Positions 28,543-38,439 of a stretch of 48,217 nucleotides of DNA are shown piece by piece; the first letter of the stretch is position 1, and each line of letters opens with the position of its first letter. The notes beneath the pieces are model-generated. The model saw only the letters and a program-made list of their open reading frames with translations. It was not told where the DNA came from and searched no databases. The translations under genes and the position numbers were made by a program. The stretch is from contig NZ_MWQY01000027.1 of assembly GCF_002087085.1 (NCBI RefSeq), positions 1-48,217 on the forward strand, given 5' to 3'.

Positions 28543-29007
28543 CTAAAACCCCGCAGGACTGAATCTCTCCGCTGCAAGCAGTGCTGCTGCCATTGTCCCT
28601 ATTCCGATAAAGGGACCGAAGGGTACCCGGAACCGTCGCCCGATGCGTCCGCTGATCAGCAGGGGAATAAAGACGAGCAGGGCGGAAAGGGAGGCTATGG
28701 ACAAGGCCGGAAGCCACTGGAGACCCGGCAGCAGGGCCCCGCTGGACGCAGCGAACTTGACGTCCCCGAGGCCTATACTGCGGGATGTCAGTGCCCGCAG
28801 GAGCAGAAGAAAACCCGAGGCCGCCGCAGCGCTCACCAGCGAAGGAAGCCATGGACGGCAGCCCGTGATGATCATCAGGGCAATAAGACTCAGCAGGCAG
28901 CCAAAGGAGAATACATCCGGGATTCTCCGGCGGGTAATATCGAACCAGGATACCGGCAACAGCCAGAGACTGTAGAGGATTAATCCCCGGACAAAGCAGT
29001 CCTCCAT
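28543..29007 (-). CDS. A24 family (prepilin-type) aspartic peptidase, short form
   Basis: WFD..RRIPD, GLGDVK and VPFGPF motifs; hydrophobic throughout. Confidence 0.85.
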   Translation of the reverse strand: MEDCFVRGLILYSLWLLPVSWFDITRRRIPDVFSFGCLLSLIALMIITGCRPWLPSLVSAAAASGFLLLLRALTSRSIGLGDVKFAASSGALLPGLQWLPALSIASLSALLVFIPLLISGRIGRRFRVPFGPFIGIGTMAAALLAAERFSPAGF

Positions 29008-29024
29008 CAGGGTCGTTCGCCCTT

Positions 29025-30398
29025 TCAGGTGGCGCTGCGGGAGTGCCCCACCTGGTTCATGCGCTTCATGAGATCCTCTTTTTCTATCAGGTCAATCAGC
29101 CGTGCTTCAACAAACTGATGAGCACCATCGGAGAAATCCCCGGCGCTTAGGCAGAATCCCCTTCCGGCCTTTACCTCCTTGCTGCGGGAGTAGAGGTCCC
29201 TGAGAACGAGTTCCCCCACAGTGTTGGTAGTACGCACAAAGCGGAAGAGGACCAGGTCCTCCCATTTTGATGTGCTGACCTCTGCCAGGATGTCGGCGTA
29301 TTCGCTCTTCTGAACCGAGACGTCTACAATCTTGACCTTCGCCTTGGGAAAAAAGGTGCTGACCACCTTGCGGCAGAGGGTGACAAAATCCGAAGTGCCC
29401 GCAATCAGGTAGGTCTGCAGATTCTGGTTTCCGTGGAGTTCACGATACTTGCGCAGCAGGTTGGGAACATCCCGGTACACCGGCTGAACGGAGTGGATCT
29501 CCTCCAGGAGTCTCAGAGCCGAGCCGATTTCCTGCTGCCGTATGTAAGCCGAAGCCAGGCGGTATTTCAGTTCCAGGAGGGTCTTCTCCGGGATGTTCTG
29601 ATGCCGCAGTCCTATTTCGAAGTCCAGCATGGCCTTGTCGTACTGGTGCTGGTTCATGCGAATGCTGCCCGCGAACAGGGCCGCGCTGGGGCCCAGGGCG
29701 GGATCTGCCCGCAGATGGGTGAAAATCTTGATGGCGTTGTCGTTCTGCCCCAGCTCATGATAGCACTGGGCAATGGCAAAGAGGGATTCCTTGTCGTCGG
29801 GTTCCAGATCGATGGTCTTGCGGAGAATGCCCACCGCCTCGTTGAACTTGTTCATTCGAAAGAGACTGTGCCCCAGGTAACGAAGGGTGGGAACATGTTC
29901 TCCCTTCTCCTTGCGTGCGTTGGTCAGAAGCTGGACGGCTTTTTCATAGTTCTTCTTAAGGTATTCCAGGTATCCCAGGTTGTAATTGACCTCGAATACA
30001 TCGGGATTCATGGTTCGCGCGATTACAAGACTCTTGTAGGCCTCTTCGTAATGCTTCAGGCGAAGGGCCGACAGGGCGTACTTCAGGGTAATATCAAACT
30101 CGTCGAGCTGTTTATTTGTGGCGCAAAGATCGATCAGCACCTCGAAGGTCCGCATGGCCTTGTCGAATACCTGTTCCGAGAAGTAGAGTTCTCCCAGGGC
30201 CAGCAGGGCATCGGCGTCCTTCGGATTCTGGGCCAGCCGCCGGTTGGAGTCCTTGATGATCTGGTTTCTGTCTTTGTTCCTGATCTTCCGTCCGGACTGC
30301 CGTTTTTCCGCCTTACCGTCGCTTTTGGAAAGGACCAGAAGGATTCCGGCACCGAATACAACAATAGTAAAGGGTATCAAAAAAACAAGGACATCCAT
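29025..30398 (-). CDS. Membrane-anchored TPR protein with a C-terminal Mrr-like (restriction endonuclease fold) domain
   Basis: N-terminal TM helix; multiple TPRs; C-terminal DILA...VGELVLRDLY...AGRGFCLSAGDFSDGA...IDLI. Start set at ATG 30398. Confidence 0.8.
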   Translation of the reverse strand: MDVLVFLIPFTIVVFGAGILLVLSKSDGKAEKRQSGRKIRNKDRNQIIKDSNRRLAQNPKDADALLALGELYFSEQVFDKAMRTFEVLIDLCATNKQLDEFDITLKYALSALRLKHYEEAYKSLVIARTMNPDVFEVNYNLGYLEYLKKNYEKAVQLLTNARKEKGEHVPTLRYLGHSLFRMNKFNEAVGILRKTIDLEPDDKESLFAIAQCYHELGQNDNAIKIFTHLRADPALGPSAALFAGSIRMNQHQYDKAMLDFEIGLRHQNIPEKTLLELKYRLASAYIRQQEIGSALRLLEEIHSVQPVYRDVPNLLRKYRELHGNQNLQTYLIAGTSDFVTLCRKVVSTFFPKAKVKIVDVSVQKSEYADILAEVSTSKWEDLVLFRFVRTTNTVGELVLRDLYSRSKEVKAGRGFCLSAGDFSDGAHQFVEARLIDLIEKEDLMKRMNQVGHSRSAT

Positions 30399-30407
30399 AG
30401 TAGCCCC

Positions 30408-30479
30408 AGTATGTATTGACCTGTCCGGGATGTCAAGAAATGAAAAACGATTGACAAAACACCCCGCTGCGGCTACGCT
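30408..30479. promoter_or_regulatory. Back-to-back divergent sigma70 promoters
   Basis: Minus strand: TTGACA-N17-CATACT (30436 to 30408). Plus strand: TTGACA-N17-TACGCT (30451-30479). The ATGs follow at 9 and 7 nt. Confidence 0.75.
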
Positions 30480-30486
30480 TTTAGCC

Positions 30487-31398
30487 ATGAGTTCCGTAAG
30501 TGATACAACTACCGGTACAATCGGGATTAAAGTCGCTGATGGCGCGTATTATCCAATACTGCAGGAGGGAAGTTCGGCTAAGAAACGGCTTGTACTTACC
30601 ACTGTCAAGGACAATCAGCCCAGTGTGCAGATCGACCTGTACAAGGGGCGGGGTGACGAAATAGAGGACGCTGTCTATATCGGCAGTCTTGTGATTGAGG
30701 ACATTGAACCGGCAGCCGCCGGTGATCCGGAAATAGAGCTGACCCTTGGCCTGGACAGCGAAAATAATCTGTCCGCCACCGCCGGAGACAAATCAACCGG
30801 AGATACCCAGTCGCTGAGCGTCAGTCTTGAATCCCTGGATAATCTGGGGATTTACGATATTCCGGAGTTTGATCTGGAAGAAGAGTTCAGCCCCGACGAT
30901 GTTCTGTCCAGGGAGGAAGAGACCCGTCTGCGGGACGACTATCCCGAGGATGAACCCCGCAGGCTGCCCAGGGAGCGGCGAAGCCGCCTGCGCATACTGG
31001 CCATGATTCTCCTGTTTATCGGACTTGCCATGCTGGCGGCTTTTCTTCTGTACAGCTATTTTGAGACCCGGAACACCGGGGCTGGTATTGTTCCTTCACC
31101 GGCAGCCGGGGAACCCGCCGCCGAAGCCCCACCCGCACCGGTTTCTCCTCCCCTGGTGGAAAAGGAGGCCCCCAGGGAGGTTCCGCCGGACCCTCCTAAA
31201 GCTCCCCGGGAGCCCGCTGCTGTTCCCGGAGAGGGAGTATGGTATCAGCTTCAGTGGGGGGATACCCTCTGGGACCTCTCTTCCAGCTTTTATCGCGATC
31301 CCTTCCGCTACGGTCAGATCGCCGCTGAAAACGAGATCGAAAACCCTGACCTGATCTTTGCCGGGCGGGATATCTACATACCCGATCCCCGCCGATAA
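30487..31398 (+). CDS. Hsp70 substrate-binding-like domain, TM helix and LysM protein
   Basis: IGIKVADG...TTVKDNQPSVQIDLYKG...IEPAAAGDPEIELT resembles the DnaK SBD-beta; then an acidic linker, a TM helix, a Pro/Ala linker and LysM (YQLQWGDTLWDLS...IENPDLIFAG). Confidence 0.85.
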   Translation: MSSVSDTTTGTIGIKVADGAYYPILQEGSSAKKRLVLTTVKDNQPSVQIDLYKGRGDEIEDAVYIGSLVIEDIEPAAAGDPEIELTLGLDSENNLSATAGDKSTGDTQSLSVSLESLDNLGIYDIPEFDLEEEFSPDDVLSREEETRLRDDYPEDEPRRLPRERRSRLRILAMILLFIGLAMLAAFLLYSYFETRNTGAGIVPSPAAGEPAAEAPPAPVSPPLVEKEAPREVPPDPPKAPREPAAVPGEGVWYQLQWGDTLWDLSSSFYRDPFRYGQIAAENEIENPDLIFAGRDIYIPDPRR

Positions 31399-31435
31399 TC
31401 AGCCCCCTTTAATCTTCCGTTTATTCGAGTACCCT

Positions 31436-33595
31436 GTGATACCCGCCATCAGTTCTGTAAAGAAAGTTCCCTTGCCTCTGTTCAGCCTGCTCATTCCCCT
31501 GTTCATGCTCTGTATCTCCTGCTGTGGTTCTCCCACAATCTGGGGCTACCCTGAACAGGATTTCCGCAGCCGTCTTGTCTCCGGTACTCTTCCCCAGCTG
31601 CATGAAGAGGACATCTCCCGGCTTTCTTTTTCCGAACTGAATCAGCTGGGACCCGGCGCCCCCCTGTTTCTCTCCTACTTTCCCTTTGCGGATGCCGGGG
31701 CCCCCTTGCGGCTGCGTCTGTACCAGGCGGAACTGGGGGAGGAGCCCTACGCATCCTTCGCACTTGAGCTTCTGATCCGCGACCTGCTTGCTTCGGAGGA
31801 TTATCGCCTCATTCAGGATCTCGAGGATGAAATTCCCCCCCGCTACCATGAGTTTTACCCCTGGCGACGATCACGGGTGAGCGCAGCCTACTGGCTGCGG
31901 CAGGACGAAGAGGCGGCGGAAATGCTGGATGAGCTGGTCAGGGACTTTCCCGAACAGGTTGAGGCTGACCGGGAACTGGTGCTCATGAAGACCGTTCTGG
32001 AACAACGTACCGGCAGGGAAGACTGGCGTAACTCCTTTGTGTCTTTTTTTCGGGATTTCCCCGCCGGGCCCCACCATGTGCGTGCCTGGGACTACCTGAG
32101 AATCGAGGGGCTGCTGGACGGATTCGGCCCGGAGGAGCAGCGCCTTTTGCGGGGAGTGGACCTGGTGGCCCGGGGCGAAAAGGTTCGGGGCTTTGAGCTT
32201 CTGCAGGGTCTTTTTGACGGAGCGAGGACGGAAGAATTCCTCTCCTCCGGTACCCTGCAGACCATTGCCATGGCGGCGGATACCCCCGGCAGGACAGGGG
32301 AAGTCCTGGAGCTCTATGGTCGTATTTCCGAAGAGCTTCCCGGGTTCAGCAGGGAGATCAGGGAGCTGTCTGCCTTCCTGCTGCGAAGAATCGGCCGTCA
32401 TCGTGAGGCCCACACTCTTTTCAAGAGCCTTGTACAGGAGGGGGATCAGCGTTTCCTCTGGTACGCCTTTTCGTCCCTGGTTCGCTCTGATACCGCAGCT
32501 GCCCTGGGAGAACTCCCTTTTCTTGTGTCTGAAATGGAAGAGCCTTCCTACTTCTCCGATGTGCTGGCTGAACTCTGCCAGCGGATGGCACGCTACCGGA
32601 ACTGGACAGGAATTGTCAGGGCTTACCGCATTCTCGATGGTTCGGTGGCGGCGGGTGTATTGAGTCCCTACGCCTATATTTCCGCCCGGGCAGCAATGAC
32701 AGGGCTCAGCGATTTACCCATGGATCTGCCTCCTGCGGATATTCTCCAGCGCCTCGGCCGGGGTGAGTATCCCGGGAGCGGCGGGGATGTCGCCCCGGAG
32801 GGCTCCTCCGATTCCTACTATCGTTTACTGGCGGCGGTCCTGAGCGCTTATAATCCAGAGCCGGAGTCCCGGCCTTCTGTGCCGGAAGTTGAAGCCGGGA
32901 GACTCGATCCCCTGGTTCTCGGACTGCTGAGTTTCGGTCTGACGGATGAGGCCCTGGAGATTACGAACAATGGAGACAGCGGGACTTCAAGCTCCGCAGC
33001 TGCAGCTGTTGTGGAAGCCCTGTATGGAGAAGATCGCTACGAGGAGGGGCTTCGCCTGCTCCTTCGCAGAGCGATCCCCATGGAGGAACGCTTTTTTTAT
33101 CCCCGGGCTTTTGAAAAGGAGACGGAAAACCTTGCGGAGGAGCAGGCGGTACCGGCATGGCTTCTCTTTTCCCTGGTCCGGCAGGAGAGTCTTTTCAATC
33201 CCGCGGCACTCTCCCACGCCGGGGCAGTCGGCCTTACCCAGCTGATGCCCTCCACGGCAGGGGATGCGGCCCGGCGACTGGGTATGGAATCCCCTGGAGA
33301 TCTCTCTGATCCGGAGGTCAACCTGCGCCTTGGTGCCTGGTATCTGGGCCACATGATGGAACGTACCGACAGCCTGGCGGATGCCCTCGCCGCCTATAAT
33401 GCCGGCATTACCCGCCTTCGCCGGTGGCGAAGGCAGGCGGGCGGGCTCCCGGATGATCTTTTCATTGAGACCATCCCCTTTGAGGAGACCAGGGATTATG
33501 TAAAGCGGCTGCTTGTGTCATCCTGGAATTACGGGTATCTTTACTACCGCCTTGGCGGGAACGAGCTCGTGAGCCGCTATTTTCCCCGCTTATAA
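31436..33595 (+). CDS. Lytic murein transglycosylase (Slt70-like), probable lipoprotein; exact start uncertain
   Basis: C-terminal SLT motifs VRQES, GAVGLTQLMP, AAYNAG and ETRDYV; helical N-region; CISC-type lipobox. Confidence 0.88.
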   Translation: MIPAISSVKKVPLPLFSLLIPLFMLCISCCGSPTIWGYPEQDFRSRLVSGTLPQLHEEDISRLSFSELNQLGPGAPLFLSYFPFADAGAPLRLRLYQAELGEEPYASFALELLIRDLLASEDYRLIQDLEDEIPPRYHEFYPWRRSRVSAAYWLRQDEEAAEMLDELVRDFPEQVEADRELVLMKTVLEQRTGREDWRNSFVSFFRDFPAGPHHVRAWDYLRIEGLLDGFGPEEQRLLRGVDLVARGEKVRGFELLQGLFDGARTEEFLSSGTLQTIAMAADTPGRTGEVLELYGRISEELPGFSREIRELSAFLLRRIGRHREAHTLFKSLVQEGDQRFLWYAFSSLVRSDTAAALGELPFLVSEMEEPSYFSDVLAELCQRMARYRNWTGIVRAYRILDGSVAAGVLSPYAYISARAAMTGLSDLPMDLPPADILQRLGRGEYPGSGGDVAPEGSSDSYYRLLAAVLSAYNPEPESRPSVPEVEAGRLDPLVLGLLSFGLTDEALEITNNGDSGTSSSAAAAVVEALYGEDRYEEGLRLLLRRAIPMEERFFYPRAFEKETENLAEEQAVPAWLLFSLVRQESLFNPAALSHAGAVGLTQLMPSTAGDAARRLGMESPGDLSDPEVNLRLGAWYLGHMMERTDSLADALAAYNAGITRLRRWRRQAGGLPDDLFIETIPFEETRDYVKRLLVSSWNYGYLYYRLGGNELVSRYFPRL

Positions 33596-33615
33596 CCAGG
33601 TCCAAGGAGCTGCCT

Positions 33616-34404
33616 GTGACATTTTTCGAAGCCGTTTTTCTGGGATTTCTGCAGGGGATTACCGAATTCCTTCCCGTATCCAGTTCGGGGCATCTGGTCA
33701 TTGCCCGGCAATTCCTCGAAATCCGGGACATCCCGGTCCTTTTTGATGTTCTTCTTCATATCTCCACCCTTCTTGTGGTGTGCCTGGTATTCAGAAAAAC
33801 CCTCCTGCGTCTTGTAACAAGCTTTGTGCGGCTTCTGGGAGCAAAGAAGGTTGATGCCGACGACAGGGGCAGCATCCTGGCGATTATCGTTGCGACCTTC
33901 GTTACCGCGGTACTGGGCCTGGGGATCGAATCCCTCTCCCCAGGAGAGAACCCTGTTCTTGTTGCGGTACTTTTTCTTGTCACCGGTATTATACTGTTTC
34001 TGCCGCGGATTTTTTCCTGGGGGGGAGAAGACAGAACTCCGGGGATAAAAACGGGCCTGATTGTGGGGGCGGCCCAGGGACTGGGGGTTTTCCCCGGTAT
34101 TTCCCGTTCCGGTATAACCATAACAGCCTCCCTGGGAGCCGGTCTGTCCAGGGAACGGGCAGGGGAGTTCGCCTTTATCATCTCCATCCCGGCAATTCTG
34201 GGGGCCCTCGTCCTTACCCTGCGGGACCTGGAAAGTCTCAGCGGCAGAATCGATCTTCTGAGCCTGGCGGGGGGAATGCTTGCATCCTTCCTGGTGGGTT
34301 ATGTCAGTCTCAGACTCCTCCTGCGCCTTGTAAGGGGGGGGAATCTGCACTATTTCAGCTTCTACCTGGTCCCCTTGAGCCTGATCAGTCTGCTGATACT
34401 CTGA
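33616..34404 (+). CDS. uppP: Undecaprenyl-diphosphate phosphatase
   Basis: QGITEFLPVSSSGHL and PGISRSG motifs; GTG start with AAGGAG RBS. Confidence 0.95.
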   Translation: MTFFEAVFLGFLQGITEFLPVSSSGHLVIARQFLEIRDIPVLFDVLLHISTLLVVCLVFRKTLLRLVTSFVRLLGAKKVDADDRGSILAIIVATFVTAVLGLGIESLSPGENPVLVAVLFLVTGIILFLPRIFSWGGEDRTPGIKTGLIVGAAQGLGVFPGISRSGITITASLGAGLSRERAGEFAFIISIPAILGALVLTLRDLESLSGRIDLLSLAGGMLASFLVGYVSLRLLLRLVRGGNLHYFSFYLVPLSLISLLIL

Positions 34405-34522
34405 AGATCAGTCCAAATATCGACAACGCTGTATGGGCTAAAAAGAGTGGTTTTTACAGTCGCCCCTGGTAAATATCCGTCCTTGTCAGGCCGATAGTAT
34501 AAAGCAGAGGAGGTCTCTCGTT

Positions 34523-37300
34523 TTGGGAAAGCGGATTGTTTCCGGCATCCTGGGATTTATTCTCATTTTTGCCGCTTCATGGATCGTGGTTTCTGTTTCT
34601 CTCTATGCCCTGAAGGGTGGAGCGGCCCCGGGGTTTCTGCTCGTTCCCGGTGCCTTCCTGTACGAGCGCTTCCTCCATGCTTCCTACTATCTGGGAGTAT
34701 ATCTCCTGGTTCTTGCCTACCTGAGCTTTTCCAGGGATTTCCAGACCCAGTCAATCCTGTTCCTTCTCTATACCCTGATTCCCTTTGTGACGGCGGCGGT
34801 TCTGTTTCACGTCGCCATAAACCCCGAACCCAATACCATCATAGAGTTTTTTATCCTGGGATTCGGCGGCAGGCGTCCCGGGTCCCTTATCCTGCTCCTC
34901 TTTCTGATCGTGGAAATCCTTCTGGGATACCGGATTACCATGGCTGGGGACAGCGGCACAGTGTCCGCTGAAACCGACGAAGACGATCAGGCGGCTCATG
35001 CGTCGGCAGGTAAGGATGTCCTGGATGACGGTCTTTTCCCCGAACGGCACCACGAAGTCTTCGGGAATCAGGAGGCCCCGGAGGTTGAAGAACTACCTGC
35101 TCTGGCGGAGACGGAGGAGGATACTCTTCTTCTCGATCGTGATTCCCGGGGCAGGCTGCGTTTTTCCGTGGGCACAGGTGCACAGGAAGAAGAGGAAACT
35201 CCCTCCGACGATCTGGAAGATGAAGAAACACGAGACAGCTGGAATCCGGAGCCTGTGGAAGGGGCCGCTCTCTACGAGCTTCCCCTGGAGCACGATACAC
35301 GCCCGAAGACAGGTAAAAAACCTTCAGTCTCCGGTACCCCGGATGGGGAAGGCGCAGAAATCGTACCCGAGGGAGAGCCCGGCAGCTTCGATAAACTCTA
35401 CGTGAATGACGATGACGATCCCTCCATCCGCGGGATGGTCAGGGACATTCTGGACGCCGAGGTCGGCGCTCCATTGCCCGGCCCGGAACCCGCCGAGGAC
35501 GAGGAGATCCCGGAACTGCCCGAAGAGCTTGACCTGGAAGAGATCGAACTGGCGGAAGAAGAACTGGAGGAGGAAGAACCGCCGCTCCTCTCCGGGGAGG
35601 AAGACGAAGTCCCGGACCTGGAAGACGAGACTGACGAGGTCGAAAGCGTGTCCTTCGATTTTCCCGAGGAAGAGACCTGGGAGGATGACCAGCTCGCTCT
35701 GCTGGAAGAAAAGTACGGAGACGACGATACCTACCCCTCGGATCCTGTTCCGGTGGACCCTGAAGAAGAACTTCAGGATGAACCTGAATTCCCCGAGGAC
35801 CCGGGGGAAGCAAAAAAAAAATCCCCCGAATCCGGGCCAAAAACCCCTCATAAAAAGCCCGTAAAGAGCTATTCAGTACCCGTCGACGATCTTCTCGACC
35901 ATTATGGCGATCATGCCTACTGGGTTGTGGACGATGAGACCCGGCATGCCGGAGAGGTCCTGCGGAAGACCCTGGAGGAGTTCAAGATCGAAGCGGAAGT
36001 TACAGGTATCCGCAAGGGGCCGGTTATCACCATGTTCGAGATACTCCCCGCCCCGGGAGTCAAGCTCTCGAAGATTACCAATCTGGCGGACAACATCGCA
36101 CTGCGTCTTGCGGCTTCCAGTGTCCGTATCGTTGCCCCCATTCCAGGGAAGCACGCCGTCGGAATCGAGGTGCCCAACCATAAACGGGCCATTGTCTCAT
36201 TTCACGAGATGATTTCCCACGAGACCTTTCAGAAGAAGCATTTCGAAATCCCCGTAATCCTGGGCAAGGACATCGCCGGCGAAGCACAGCTCGTCGATCT
36301 GATCAACACCCCGCACCTGCTGATTGCCGGCGCCACGGGGTCCGGAAAATCGGTCAGTGTAAACTCCCTCATCTGTTCGATCCTCTGCAAAAAGACCCCC
36401 GAGGAGGTCCGGATGCTGCTGATCGACCCGAAAATTGTGGAACTCAAGCTATATAACGATATTCCTCACCTCCTTACCCCGGTTATCACCGAACCGAAGC
36501 GGGCCTTTCAGGCCCTGCAGTACTGTCTCAGCGAGATGGAACAGCGCTATGCCCTGCTGGACAGCCAGGGAGTCAGGGATATACGGTCCTACAACAGAAA
36601 GGTCAAAGAACGCAGGCTTGCCACCAGACCGCTGCCGTATATCGTGATAATCGTCGATGAGTTCGCCGACCTGATGGCCTCCACCGGAAAAGAACTGGAG
36701 TCCACCCTGGCCCGCCTGGCGGCCATGTCCAGGGCTGTGGGACTGCACCTTGTGCTGGCGACCCAGCGCCCCTCCATCGACGTAATAACCGGACTGATAA
36801 AGGCGAACATCCCCTCCAGAATCGCCTTCATGGTGGCGGGAAAAACGGATTCCCGCATTATCATCGATACCGTCGGGGCGGAGAAGCTCCTGGGCAAGGG
36901 GGATATGCTCTTTACCTCCGCCTGGGACCCGAATCCGGTACGCATACAGGGTGCTTTTCTCTCCGAGGACGAGGTGGGGAATATCGTTTCCCACGTAAAG
37001 ACCCTGGGGGAACCGGACTACATAGACGACGAGATATTCTTCGACGACGACGAGGAGGCCTCGGGACTCTTTGATGAGGGAGGGGAAGACCCTCTCATGA
37101 ACAAGGCCCTGGAGATTGTCTCCCAGGCGGGCAAGGCCTCCGCCTCCTACCTGCAGCGCCGGTTGAAGATCGGCTATAACAGGGCCGCCCGGCTCGTGGA
37201 AGAGATGGAATACCGCGGTATTGTGGGACCCCAGAACGGCAGCAAGCCCAGGGAAATCCTCCATGTTCCCGACAGAATAGAACAGACCGTGGAAGGCTGA
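34523..37300 (+). CDS. ftsK: DNA translocase FtsK/SpoIIIE
   Basis: N-terminal TM helices, very acidic linker, PHLLIAGATGSGKS, IIVDEFADLM, ATQRPS, gamma domain LQRRLKIGYNRAAR; TTG start with GAGGAGG RBS. Confidence 0.96.
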   Translation: MGKRIVSGILGFILIFAASWIVVSVSLYALKGGAAPGFLLVPGAFLYERFLHASYYLGVYLLVLAYLSFSRDFQTQSILFLLYTLIPFVTAAVLFHVAINPEPNTIIEFFILGFGGRRPGSLILLLFLIVEILLGYRITMAGDSGTVSAETDEDDQAAHASAGKDVLDDGLFPERHHEVFGNQEAPEVEELPALAETEEDTLLLDRDSRGRLRFSVGTGAQEEEETPSDDLEDEETRDSWNPEPVEGAALYELPLEHDTRPKTGKKPSVSGTPDGEGAEIVPEGEPGSFDKLYVNDDDDPSIRGMVRDILDAEVGAPLPGPEPAEDEEIPELPEELDLEEIELAEEELEEEEPPLLSGEEDEVPDLEDETDEVESVSFDFPEEETWEDDQLALLEEKYGDDDTYPSDPVPVDPEEELQDEPEFPEDPGEAKKKSPESGPKTPHKKPVKSYSVPVDDLLDHYGDHAYWVVDDETRHAGEVLRKTLEEFKIEAEVTGIRKGPVITMFEILPAPGVKLSKITNLADNIALRLAASSVRIVAPIPGKHAVGIEVPNHKRAIVSFHEMISHETFQKKHFEIPVILGKDIAGEAQLVDLINTPHLLIAGATGSGKSVSVNSLICSILCKKTPEEVRMLLIDPKIVELKLYNDIPHLLTPVITEPKRAFQALQYCLSEMEQRYALLDSQGVRDIRSYNRKVKERRLATRPLPYIVIIVDEFADLMASTGKELESTLARLAAMSRAVGLHLVLATQRPSIDVITGLIKANIPSRIAFMVAGKTDSRIIIDTVGAEKLLGKGDMLFTSAWDPNPVRIQGAFLSEDEVGNIVSHVKTLGEPDYIDDEIFFDDDEEASGLFDEGGEDPLMNKALEIVSQAGKASASYLQRRLKIGYNRAARLVEEMEYRGIVGPQNGSKPREILHVPDRIEQTVEG

Positions 37301-37307
37301 GACAGGT

Positions 37308-38060
37308 ATGGATATGCTAGAGCTCGATTACATCGCCTCCAGGCTCGAGGCCCTGGAGGAGACGATTATCTTTGTCCTGATAGAGCGCATCCAGTTCATG
37401 CTGAACCCTTCCTGCTACCTTCCGGGGAAGAGCGGGTTTAACGGAAAGAACGCTGAGAGCCTCTTTTCTATGCGGCTGAAGGCCCAGGAGGAGATGGATG
37501 CCAGGTTCGGCCGCTTTCTTACCCCGGAAGAGCGTCCGGTAAACAGGGAGCTTCCGCCATCAGAGCGTAAGCTTCAGGTCAGTCCCCGGGGACTCAATAT
37601 CGTCGACTATGACCTGGTCAATCTGAGCGGGGAGATTGCCGGCGCCTATCTGCAGCTGCTTCCGCGGATCTGTACGGAAGGAGACGACGGCCAGTACGGT
37701 TCCAGCATTGAGCGGGATGTAATCTGCATCCAGGCCCTGGCCAGACGGGTACATTTTGCCTCTTTCTATGTTGCGGAAAGCAAATACAGGATGAACCCGG
37801 AATCCTACGATCTCCTCATTCGGGAAGGAAAAACGGAAGATATCGGAGCTCAACTGACCCGCCCTGAGGTGGAGGCTCGTATTCTTGACAGGGTCCGGAC
37901 CAAGTCACAGCGTCTTCAGGAGATCAGCGATTTTTCTCTGCGCAGGGTTCTCGATCCCGAGGCGGTAACCGCACTCTACCGGGACGTCATTATTCCTCTC
38001 ACCAAAGAGGGGGAGGTGCGCTACATGATGACCCGCTCTACCCGGCCTCTTCCGGATTAA
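37308..38060 (+). CDS. Chorismate mutase, eukaryote (ARO7/AroQ-beta) type
   Basis: Motif order matches the yeast and plant enzymes: LEETIIF.LIER..F, GRF..PEERP, YGS...RD..C.QAL.RRVH, VAESKY, VE.RIL.R...K, IIPLTKE.EV.Y. Confidence 0.88.
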   Translation: MDMLELDYIASRLEALEETIIFVLIERIQFMLNPSCYLPGKSGFNGKNAESLFSMRLKAQEEMDARFGRFLTPEERPVNRELPPSERKLQVSPRGLNIVDYDLVNLSGEIAGAYLQLLPRICTEGDDGQYGSSIERDVICIQALARRVHFASFYVAESKYRMNPESYDLLIREGKTEDIGAQLTRPEVEARILDRVRTKSQRLQEISDFSLRRVLDPEAVTALYRDVIIPLTKEGEVRYMMTRSTRPLPD

Positions 38061-38439
38061 AACGCAGAGACACCGAGTTGATGCAGTAGCGAAGACCCGT
38101 CGGCTCGGGTCCGTCGGAGAAAACATGACCCAGATGGCTTTTGCAGTTCGAACAGATCACCTCCGTGCGCAGCATACCGTGGGAGGTGTCACGGTGTTCA
38201 TCCACAGCATCGGTGCTGACGGGTTGAAAGTAACTTGGCCAGCCGGAGCCTGATTCGTATTTGGCCTCGGAACTGAAGAGTTCCTGCCCGCAGGCGCGGC
38301 AGTAGTATCTGCCCCTGCGCTTTTCGGTGTAGAGCTTTCCGCTGAAGGCCCGTTCCGTTCCCTTTTCTCTCAGTACATGATATTCCAGGGGACTCAGGGT
38401 TTCCCGCCATTTTTCTTCCGAAGCTTCTTTTCTTTCCAT
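38038..38439 (-). CDS. msrB: Peptide-methionine (R)-S-oxide reductase
   Basis: GTERAF, two CxxC, GSGWPSY, HLGHVF.DGP, RYCINS. Confidence 0.96.
   Translation of the reverse strand: MERKEASEEKWRETLSPLEYHVLREKGTERAFSGKLYTEKRRGRYYCRACGQELFSSEAKYESGSGWPSYFQPVSTDAVDEHRDTSHGMLRTEVICSNCKSHLGHVFSDGPEPTGLRYCINSVSLRFNPEEAG

Noticed and set aside
35812..35821. A10 homopolymer in ftsK as a phase-variation or frameshift site
   Set aside because: The frame is intact, the run encodes a Lys stretch in a low-complexity linker, and switching off ftsK is implausible.
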